Below, piece by piece: positions 8,101 to 13,560 of a DNA stretch of 13,560 nucleotides (its first letter is position 1; each line of letters begins with the position of its first letter). The DNA lies in the IMG/VR virus record IMGVR_UViG_3300021354_000005, positions 1 through 13,560 of that record; one strand, 5' to 3'. The notes beneath the pieces are model-generated. The model saw only the letters and a program-made list of their open reading frames with translations, did not search any database and was not told the DNA's origin. The stretch comes from a virus. Its lineage: Duplodnaviria > Heunggongvirae > Uroviricota > Caudoviricetes. The translations under genes and the position numbers were made by a program.

Positions 8101-11100
8101 GTGATATCTTTAACTGAATCATTAGTTTCCTTCTCAGTCAATCCTTCAACAGCTCTATATTCAATAAAGTCATTTTTAGCAGACTCAGAAAGTGTAGCTT
8201 CTTTAAACTTACCTGTATCAATAGCTTTAAATAACTCCTCTTTTCTAGAAGGTTTATTTACAAATTGCTTAACAAAGTTTATAATATCTCTGAAGAAGTT
8301 TAATATTCTTTCACCTATATTTCTAGCAGGAAGTTTACCAAGTCTGAAATCAGCAAAGTCATCAGCTATTCTTTCCTTAGCTTGTTGATCTGTAGCTTCT
8401 TCATATAATAACATTTTACCAGAAGCTCTATCTTTAAACTTACCAGACTTAGCTTTAAATTCATCAAGGATAGCTTGTTGATTTTCATTAGATAGGAAAC
8501 CTTTCCATACACCCTCAAATATCTCATGATACTCTGTACCTCTTTCACCACCTTTGTAAAACTTAGCTACACCATTTTCAAACACACCCCAAGCTTTCTC
8601 ACCATCATGTGTAGTAATAATATTATTTAATATTTCAAAAGGAATGTTAGGAACATTCTTAGCATGCCATTCTCTGAATAAATCAAGTTCTGCATCACTA
8701 ATTTTATCTACATCTCCCTTACCAAGTACTCTATATTGAGAACCTTTAGGAGGTTTAGATTTACTAAAGTCTGGTTTAACACCACCTTCTAAAGCAGCTA
8801 GTTCTGCATCATATTTAGCATTGATTGGTTTAAAAACATCAGCAACTTTATTTTTAAATGTAGAAGCATATTCTAAAACATCTTTTTTACCACCTGATGC
8901 TGCAAGATAATAAGCACTATAAAGATCAATTTTTAAATCTTTATTTCCTAATTGATCTAATGCAATTCCTTCTCTTATTGATTTATCTATTGCTCCAGTA
9001 GATAAATTAGCTATATTACTTCTTTCAACTTTTAAATACTTTTGACTTGCTTTATCCCATTGATAACTAACACCATCTATAATAAGTCTTTCATATGTTG
9101 CTAAATCTGTATTAGGATTTACTTCTTTAGCTGTAGTTGGTTGAGAAAGTAATGATAATAATTCATTTTGTCTTCTCTTTTCTATATCAGCTTTCTTAGC
9201 TTCTATATCAGAAACTACAGGAGCAGGAGCAGCCTCAACTACAGGAGTTTCAGCTTTAGTTTGAATCTCAGCAGCAATCCTAAGTTTAAGGAAATCCTTA
9301 ACAATATCAATATCACTTTTACTTGCATCAAATTTATCTACTGCTTTTAACGCATCAATAATTTGATTCATCTTACCCTTATCATTAGCTATATCTGTAA
9401 CTGTTTGATTATCAGATATTTTTATAAATGTATTATTATCAGCATCTTGTGTAGCTGTAAATAGTACAGGACCATTAGATAAATCATAAGTATTTTCTGT
9501 AGTACCATCTAATGTATATCCAGTAGGAGCAACTGGTGTTTCAAAAACAGGAGCAGCTGCAGGAGGTAATTGTTCAGGAAGTTCTAATCCTTCTAGAACA
9601 GCATATCTTTGTTTAAAGTTATTTGGAGCAATATCAGTCTTCTCAGCTACATTTGTAGATAGAGGAGTTTCATTAATAGATCTAGTTGTTCCATCAGGAT
9701 ATTTGTCTGCTAATAAATAAGTTTGATAGTTTGTCCACTTAGAAGTAACTAACTCATCCCCAACCATATGTGGTTCATAGAATGGTTCATTAAACTTCTT
9801 AGTAAGTGTATCATTATTTATATTTTGATACACACCCTTCAATTGGTCAACTATAACTTTTTCATTATCAGCAATCTTAGTTAAATCATACTTCTGATTA
9901 CCTAACTCAATATTCATTGTGTTAGTATTAATGAAGATTTGATTAGCACTATTAGCTCCTTTACTTCTCCAATATAATACATTCTGCAAATATGCAGAGT
10001 ATAACCTATTGATTTTGATTGGTTTACCAGCAGCTAATTGACTATTAACATCATCTGAGATTTTCTTTAACACCTCAAATACACCTTGTGATTCTTTGTT
10101 TGTAAAAGTTCTACCTCTTACAACTTGTAGTGTATCATTATATTGAATTAATGGATACCCAATAGGAACATTAACTTGCTTCCCTTTATGAAAAACAAAT
10201 CCTGTAGTGGATATCTTAACAAGTCCTTCTTGTGTAGATATAATATCACTAAGAACTAATGTCTTACCAATAGAGTTTCTTTGGTTTTGTACTGTTTGAG
10301 CAATACCGTTAGACACAGAAAAGTCATACACCTTATATCCAGGTGCATCAAATAACTCAGCTCTCTTAACTTTCCATCCAGCAGCTTTAGCTTCAGCTTC
10401 TGTTTTTTGGTCAGCTCTATATCTAGGAACAGGCTTACCATCTTTATCTGTAAACTTATAATATAAATCAGTGGTAGGCATAGTGTTAAACACCACTTTA
10501 TTCATATCCATAGTCTCACCCACCTTAGCCACACGTTTACCTTGTTCATCTACAAAATAAACATTATCACCATCTTGTTCCACATAAACAGCAACTACTA
10601 AACCATTATCTACATCTGTAGCATCAGCCACTTCAGATAGGGGTTTACCATATTGCATTTCTGCTAGTCCTGCCAATCCAAGAGAGTTCTCTTGATTAGG
10701 AGTAACTAGAATAGCTTTCATTCTAGCTCTATTAGAAAATCCACCAACATTATTCAAGAATGAAATAGCACGTGCCTGATGAGGTTTAGGAACAAAGTCA
10801 TCATCTTCAACTTGAGAAGTTGTTCCCTCAAATAACACTGAAGCATCTTTAAGCTTACCTTCAAATAGATTAACTATAACAGAAGAATCAACAGTGGCAA
10901 CATTACCAGAGTTATGTTCAATCTCTGCTTGATCTTTATTTATATCATCAGCAAACTTCTGTAGTTTCTCTTGATCAGTTTGAATCCTTTCATATCCTTC
11001 TAATTGACTAGGAATAATGTTTTGAGTATTACCATTAATATCTTCAACCTTGATTGTACCATCAGCATTATTCTTAATCACCTTCACCTTACCTAAATCA

Positions 11101-13560
11101 GCAGATGTTTTATTTATATCATCAGCAGCTGCTTGAGCAGCTTCTTTTGTATCATGAAAGGTAACATCTCCATTAGGAGCAGTCACTTGATATCTATCTT
11201 CATCTTGAACTTTATCCACCTTAGCTTTAGCAGCTTCAGGTAATTGATATTCTCTTCCCTCTTGAGCAGTTTCTGTCTCACCACCTTTGTTTGTAAAGTT
11301 AAAAGGACTATCTGGAATATCTGGTGTTTCATCTACTGCCAATGCTTCTTCTGCAGCAGCATCATAATTAGGACCATCTTGATAACCTATATAGTCTTTG
11401 AAATACTTTTCAAATCCTTCTTTATGTTCTTCAGTATTAGCTAGTTTCTTATATTTTTCTATCTCATTATCTAACTGCTTCTGTAACTGAACATTTTCAT
11501 TAATTAAGAAGTTACCTCTCATTTCCTGAGCATTTGCAGGAGATGCAACTTTTTCCATTACACCAAGAGAAGATGCTTCTAAGAAGTTATCAGCTATCTT
11601 ATTATTTAAAAAGATTTGTTTAGAAGTGTTTAAATACTTACTGAATTTAACATCTTCTATATAACTTCTTTTTAATCCATCGTATTTCTTATCATATTCT
11701 CCAAAATCAGATAGAGTTAATCTATCACTATCAAGACTGTTATAAATCTTTTTAAGTTCTTGAATCTTTTGAATTTGTTTATTATATATTTCTGAAGGAG
11801 TAAGTTCATTTCCTAATGAGGAAATATCGTTAGCTCTATTAGAATCATTTGCTAATTGTTCAGATTTTACCTTTAGTATATTATTTAAATGCTGTACACC
11901 ATTAGTATCATTAAGGAAGTTGTAAGCAAAACCTGCTAAACTCTTATCTTGAAGTTCTTGTACCTTTGTATGATTTTCAGCCTGTAATGCATCATACATA
12001 TCTTGTACATTCTTTGTAATACCAGCTAAAGATAAACCAGCATTTGCTAACTTTTGTTGATCAAATTGTACATTACCTTTTGCATCAGTAATCATTTTAC
12101 CATTACTATCTCTCTGAGCAAAGTCTGTTTCATAATATCTTCTATCAAGCTTTGCTTCAGTTATTTGATCATATACAGCTTTTCTTTGTGCAAGTTCTTT
12201 TGTAAATCTACCTGTTCTAATATCTTTACCATAACCAACTAATGATGTAAGTATACCTTGGATTGTACCCAAAGCAATATTGTTTTGACCATTAGGATCA
12301 TTAATGTTATCAACAAAATTCTGTAATATAGAACTTGTTTCACCAGTTTCTCCTAAGCCAGTTCCTGATATTATTCTACCTCTTTTATCTTTCTTTGCAC
12401 CATATTCTTCATCAAGTGTTCTACCAATAGCCACTTGCATACTTTCATTTTGACCATGTTCAAAACCTGTACCAACAGCTCTAATAGCTACATTGTACCA
12501 TTTAGGAGCTTGTTTCTCTAATGCATTAGCTAATACTTCTCCTGTTTCAGGATTAAACACTTTATTTAATAAAGAGTTTTTTACATTTCTCACTGAAGAG
12601 AATAACATTGGAAGTTCTATTAATTCATTTACAAATGATAAAGGAGCTGTATACCAGAATCCTTTTACAGCAGCCTGAGCAGCTCTCTCTTCAATTTGCT
12701 CATTTGTAAAATTATTTAATCCCTGAGCCTTTTGCTCTAGTAAAGATTGTTTAACACTTTCTTGTGCTTCTTTAGCATTTAATCCACTTTGTCCTACAAC
12801 ACCCATTCCAAATAACTCAGCAGCATTTAATGATCTCATTAAATTAGTAGTAGCAGCCTCTCCTGTTACTCCTCCCATTGCAGCAGCTTTATAAAGTCCT
12901 TTTGAGAATAGTTTTCCCATTGCACCAAACTCTTGAGGATTTGCCATAGCACTCTCTATAAGTTTAGTAGCTACACCTGTAGCTTTTACAGCACTTCCTG
13001 TTTCAGCTGCATCTGCTGCTAATGTACCAAATAATCCAAGTCCTCTTGTTTCAGCAAATCCTGGAGCAATTGTAGCTACAGTTAATGCAGCTCTATCTAT
13101 ACCATCACTTAACCACCAATCAGTAGTACTAAGTTTTTGCCAGATGTTTCCTTCTGTATATTGTTTTCCTTTGTATATTGGATTAGTATCTTCAACTCCT
13201 TTAGTAATTCCAGTACCTGCTTTAACTAAAAAGTTATCTGTAAGATTTGATATATCCCATGTAGCAAGTGCAGCAGGTGCACCAACAATAAACCCAGCTG
13301 TTTGTGTTAAATATCCAGCAGTCTTTGCTACTAAGTTAACAGCAGCATTCCCAATTCTATCCATTGAAGTTTGACCTTCATGATGTAAGTATTCATTATT
13401 TACATCTGGAAGAACAGTTTTATATCTATCAGAAAGCTCAGAAACATCATATGCATATTTAGATGAGTCTTTTGTAGAATTAGCTATCATTAAAGCTTGT
13501 TGTAAAGCTGTAAGTTTTGGTTTATCATCAGCACCAGGATTCCCTCCAATACCAGGAATA
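2190..13560 (-). CDS. Giant virion-packaged single-chain DNA-dependent RNA polymerase polyprotein (crAss-like, phi14:2 gp66-type core), 5'-partial, at least 3789 aa
   Basis: ORF track gives 3766 aa from Met 13490. The frame stays open for 23 more codons to the edge (IPGIGGNPGADDKPKLTALQQAL-M), so the true start is probably outside the window. Catalytic GSDFDIDK (DFDID 4602-4616) is preceded by RIPTQ (4719-4733). Further crAss-type motifs: FGDP..DETKR, DKFSQMPLY, FESGRKEG, YGLQVE, RGSQTTK, VGIGAV, VDVAK. Stop TAA at 2190-2192. Confidence 0.93.
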   Translation of the reverse strand, partial: IPGIGGNPGADDKPKLTALQQALMIANSTKDSSKYAYDVSELSDRYKTVLPDVNNEYLHHEGQTSMDRIGNAAVNLVAKTAGYLTQTAGFIVGAPAALATWDISNLTDNFLVKAGTGITKGVEDTNPIYKGKQYTEGNIWQKLSTTDWWLSDGIDRAALTVATIAPGFAETRGLGLFGTLAADAAETGSAVKATGVATKLIESAMANPQEFGAMGKLFSKGLYKAAAMGGVTGEAATTNLMRSLNAAELFGMGVVGQSGLNAKEAQESVKQSLLEQKAQGLNNFTNEQIEERAAQAAVKGFWYTAPLSFVNELIELPMLFSSVRNVKNSLLNKVFNPETGEVLANALEKQAPKWYNVAIRAVGTGFEHGQNESMQVAIGRTLDEEYGAKKDKRGRIISGTGLGETGETSSILQNFVDNINDPNGQNNIALGTIQGILTSLVGYGKDIRTGRFTKELAQRKAVYDQITEAKLDRRYYETDFAQRDSNGKMITDAKGNVQFDQQKLANAGLSLAGITKNVQDMYDALQAENHTKVQELQDKSLAGFAYNFLNDTNGVQHLNNILKVKSEQLANDSNRANDISSLGNELTPSEIYNKQIQKIQELKKIYNSLDSDRLTLSDFGEYDKKYDGLKRSYIEDVKFSKYLNTSKQIFLNNKIADNFLEASSLGVMEKVASPANAQEMRGNFLINENVQLQKQLDNEIEKYKKLANTEEHKEGFEKYFKDYIGYQDGPNYDAAAEEALAVDETPDIPDSPFNFTNKGGETETAQEGREYQLPEAAKAKVDKVQDEDRYQVTAPNGDVTFHDTKEAAQAAADDINKTSADLGKVKVIKNNADGTIKVEDINGNTQNIIPSQLEGYERIQTDQEKLQKFADDINKDQAEIEHNSGNVATVDSSVIVNLFEGKLKDASVLFEGTTSQVEDDDFVPKPHQARAISFLNNVGGFSNRARMKAILVTPNQENSLGLAGLAEMQYGKPLSEVADATDVDNGLVVAVYVEQDGDNVYFVDEQGKRVAKVGETMDMNKVVFNTMPTTDLYYKFTDKDGKPVPRYRADQKTEAEAKAAGWKVKRAELFDAPGYKVYDFSVSNGIAQTVQNQRNSIGKTLVLSDIISTQEGLVKISTTGFVFHKGKQVNVPIGYPLIQYNDTLQVVRGRTFTNKESQGVFEVLKKISDDVNSQLAAGKPIKINRLYSAYLQNVLYWRSKGANSANQIFINTNTMNIELGNQKYDLTKIADNEKVIVDQLKGVYQNINNDTLTKKFNEPFYEPHMVGDELVTSKWTNYQTYLLADKYPDGTTRSINETPLSTNVAEKTDIAPNNFKQRYAVLEGLELPEQLPPAAAPVFETPVAPTGYTLDGTTENTYDLSNGPVLFTATQDADNNTFIKISDNQTVTDIANDKGKMNQIIDALKAVDKFDASKSDIDIVKDFLKLRIAAEIQTKAETPVVEAAPAPVVSDIEAKKADIEKRRQNELLSLLSQPTTAKEVNPNTDLATYERLIIDGVSYQWDKASQKYLKVERSNIANLSTGAIDKSIREGIALDQLGNKDLKIDLYSAYYLAASGGKKDVLEYASTFKNKVADVFKPINAKYDAELAALEGGVKPDFSKSKPPKGSQYRVLGKGDVDKISDAELDLFREWHAKNVPNIPFEILNNIITTHDGEKAWGVFENGVAKFYKGGERGTEYHEIFEGVWKGFLSNENQQAILDEFKAKSGKFKDRASGKMLLYEEATDQQAKERIADDFADFRLGKLPARNIGERILNFFRDIINFVKQFVNKPSRKEELFKAIDTGKFKEATLSESAKNDFIEYRAVEGLTEKETNDSVKDITARFFAKVFGTNRSLYDIANLTSPEIFNAIKAEYAEEDKVVGEKTWSDLVVKTKDFLRTFKIEFDEDNLLNINAENVNNRMYAAEAFTTDWKKNSPFAVKIVVGTLVETVPTNQQNSSTLSLPQVATTDKYFLKLLNASRAFATVIDKLANTTSVTKMVDKLTNLAKTDSDYVRLFTRLKGDREGMFIDFSKFEPHDWRLFVQFYQTFTKQRPDALIQYINNEGEVYTAPANQFGVIKQTKNDWISNLKALATDMSSLVRYSKGAYKTVSAADVPISTPIQMSNFLGKLGVTFGLDSYLKLTDKDRTEFADAVGAIHTFFGKTTELGSVTSKTLAIDGPLNTLSKLYVKVENPSQDSTFPNVEGENTQAFDNNNAPSLFENEFNESDNIEELKSARPELNDVFSTNSTIWSRFFNAAGKRIKSMKISYIDGTKNEKDNINTSTTGLTLGNRFTQEINQNINGNYNIIIPADSSREFMINLGNLISYDEVDGGIAWNTIYSTFKGYLKDEIALAQSNRSYLDNTKPRATELRFFKDILTGKTLSDVNNLIINKATEEDINTYINDNIANINEDVKTFIQDNAEATKKVLMDNKKIINNPNGTFKYDSLTAIKGLNKNSLSEDQVNNLMVFARANYIINNIELHKILFGDPYQFKIDKGQLDETKRIKSFLSPRRTTFDSPEFNTFHNQQYNKAGDIDLKPGEPGYHLFKSFIDTVTLEDITVNGDINEADAASMIIDTTWRDAKLRNGQWDDKTAESWHQWQMAYTRQALDKRSDVEWTYGKNEKLRAHDEELLKTPEPEYVVDVLKPIVSGNKYGKNQFDMVLDKFSQMPLYYKAIEGTNLANLYIKMFEEEKGYVVFESGRKEGSEGKYSLYNTDGSFNTEPFNNNVSVAWKTYGLQVENSYEKPKAQTRGSQTTKIATIDIFENGAPVSEKAGIEYKRHNDALDGLHVEAYTQLLDRLGIEDLGDGYNIVDRKATAEALEQEMLKRDSSDNIKDTLRLDENGQWVVPFEATPEYEQVRSILYSMVNKALISPKMNGLSAVQTAVTLWEKSGEKRGVTIINGKKVFTDGSLKSYSKENPYMEILVPHQFKDQFKKAGFKSDEELLAYLNKPENESILKGIGFRIPTQALSSIMVFKIKGFLPQFMGATVVVPSEITKIAGSDFDIDKLNMYLKNTYINSKGQLKQVPFFGYGDKAKEAIKKFILKEDLESIFDINERTVAATEDDYGKLADRLYKQSLENEYFDSVEKLLTLPENYDRLVNPVSDGGLEDVSKQLDKLMGIDETKVKNRLLDGNYLTALRHAFIIAKKWVGIGAVNITNHSLAQKVQTYLDPVKLASLSAYEKKILGNGQIALPHNKMTVDGKERISLSGIKDKANKYISDNLSGFITSFVDVAKNPYILKIINSNLAVNTFMFLTRIGTPLKTSALFMNQPIIKEYLKYLDSIDSKSIYSKKNLDYIRGMFPADVKKVGAAKIELKNLATNIQTYYSEKKTIDNVEQQKILAEFLKYNKMAQYLVKLTQATNYDTTRFKSTEAMNKKMLRTDVAEDSNIFTSAKDILKNSHIGKQAELTQASINSLGSILKLDQLDYSVITNKVLDKYIQDEYLGADDFDKIAVKIKSSFVDYITQTKTGLNDRINELLINPETSVASELAKARKAHPEMEILNNLVAVSSDRIGGATSIKLKANLKDAFDENLYTGMMRELRDNPATNGLYNRIIDVAILQGTYQSAISIKNIIPIEDYANKVKPAIDSVSSDLNADNFSKGAFERNNWNDENVFKKVSTLIPNFFNVGGEYTTAIQFDEFPVMEGLSNVGARNVLVLDRFNNFFDVSSDYILVPRVIYNEKERIDIVDNKVISRAEYNQRKAAGDKTLNDVMGFQKVPLEIGTKVIYKAINLWGDGQYATEMYTDARKSVFNNGTIEVEKEIPDENIIEYFRPKTEEENLPSQTRGKEIAPEGLPAIEDDNQNNCA
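2300..7830 (-). other. Two-barrel (double-psi beta-barrel) RNA polymerase region of gene 1
   Basis: Beta-like part: FGDP (6156-6167), EADAAS (near 5905-5925), DKFSQMPLY (near 5607-5633), FESGRKEG (near 5507-5531), YGLQVE (near 5403-5420), RGSQTTK (near 5352-5373). Beta'-like part: RIPTQ (4719-4733), DFDID (4602-4616), bridge-helix-like VDVAK (3915-3929). About 1850 aa, similar in size to the known single-chain crAss-like RNAP. Boundaries approximate. Confidence 0.88.
8250..8700 (-). other. Zincin-like metallopeptidase fold, degenerate motif HEIFE, in gene 1
   Basis: AWGVFENGVAKFY strands, then GTEYHEIFEGVW (HEIFE 8514-8528, track aa 1655-1659), then KERIADDFADF helix, then amphipathic ILNFFRDIINFVKQF. 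Zincin layout with the second His replaced by Glu. Confidence 0.7.
8787..9209 (-). other. Helix-flanked insertion cassette: DIEAKKADIEKRRQNEL - 111 aa - INAKYDAELAALE
   Basis: Flank 1 at 9159-9209, flank 2 at 8787-8825, insert 8826-9158. It follows a Pro/Ala linker (AETPVVEAAPAPVVS) and precedes a Pro/Lys linker (GGVKPDFSKSKPPKG). I recall this flank pair from giant phage virion proteins; not verified here. Confidence 0.55.
10935..11127. repeat. Perfect 19-bp direct repeat (TTTATTTATATCATCAGCA) at 10935-10953 and 11109-11127
   Basis: Read directly from the sequence. The copies are 174 bp (58 codons) apart and each encodes ADDINK in gene 1. Confidence 0.9.
12228..13360 (-). other. Gly/Ala-rich hydrophobic helical region of gene 1 (putative membrane-inserting ejection domain)
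   Basis: Several low-charge small-residue segments: AGYLTQTAGFIVGAPAALATW, AALTVATIAPGF, GLGLFGTLAA, AAELFGMGVVG, GFWYTAPLSFV, NIALGTIQGILTSLVGYG. Also a PIY...NIWQKLSTTDWW aromatic motif. Composition is typical of phage internal ejection proteins. Function inferred. Confidence 0.5.

Noticed and set aside
9180-9211. 11-bp repeat TTCTATATCAG (9180-9190, 9201-9211) and other short GCT/GCA-rich runs
   Set aside because: These are explained by the repeated peptide DIE and Ala/Glu/Lys-rich helices with biased codons. They are too short to count as independent DNA elements.
8366-10441. Two short alternative-frame minus-strand ORFs (8366..8551 and 10256..10441)
   Set aside because: Both are 61 aa and nested out of frame in gene 1, with no recognisable motif or initiation signal. 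That length is expected by chance.
1583-13374. Eleven short plus-strand ORFs in the track (60-173 aa, e.g. 7867..8388, 6772..7155, 4567..4827)
   Set aside because: All are antisense to the two long genes. They are Ser/Leu/Phe/Ile-rich, as expected for shadow frames of a codon-biased AT-rich gene, and show no motifs.
13488-13490. Met at 13490 as the true start of gene 1
   Set aside because: The frame stays open with protein-like sequence and typical codons for 23 more codons to the window edge. The start is probably further upstream, though this cannot be proven here.
1-13560. Stop-codon reassignment (TAG or TGA recoding known in some Crassvirales)
   Set aside because: About 4500 codons read through under the standard code with no in-frame TAG or TGA, and the only stop is TAA. 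There is no positive evidence for recoding, although it cannot be excluded elsewhere in the genome.

Overview
The window is fully coding on the minus strand and looks like the virion RNA polymerase / ejected-protein locus of a crAss-like (Crassvirales-type) phage, probably infecting Bacteroidota. The DNA is AT-rich (roughly 30% GC by eye). Gene 1 (2190..>13560, minus) is an open frame of at least 3789 codons that runs off the right edge, so the track's Met at 13490 is probably internal. It carries, N to C: a Gly/Ala-rich hydrophobic region, linker-flanked variable modules, a degenerate zincin-like domain (HEIFE), and a single-chain two-barrel RNA polymerase (RIPTQ, GSDFDIDK, VDVAK). Gene 2 (<1..2190, minus) is missing from the ORF track. 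It overlaps gene 1 by one base (TAATG), is open for 730 codons to the left edge, and carries a second degenerate zincin-like domain (EEAMH) plus a PD-(D/E)xK nuclease domain. Most striking observation: in about 4500 translated codons there are only two cysteines, the penultimate residue of gene 1 and residue 4 of gene 2, sitting on either side of the gene junction. Also notable are reciprocal His-to-Glu changes in the two zincin motifs, a helix-flanked variable cassette, a perfect 19-bp in-frame direct repeat, and extreme CpG depletion (26 counted by hand). All family assignments come from motif recognition, not database searches.
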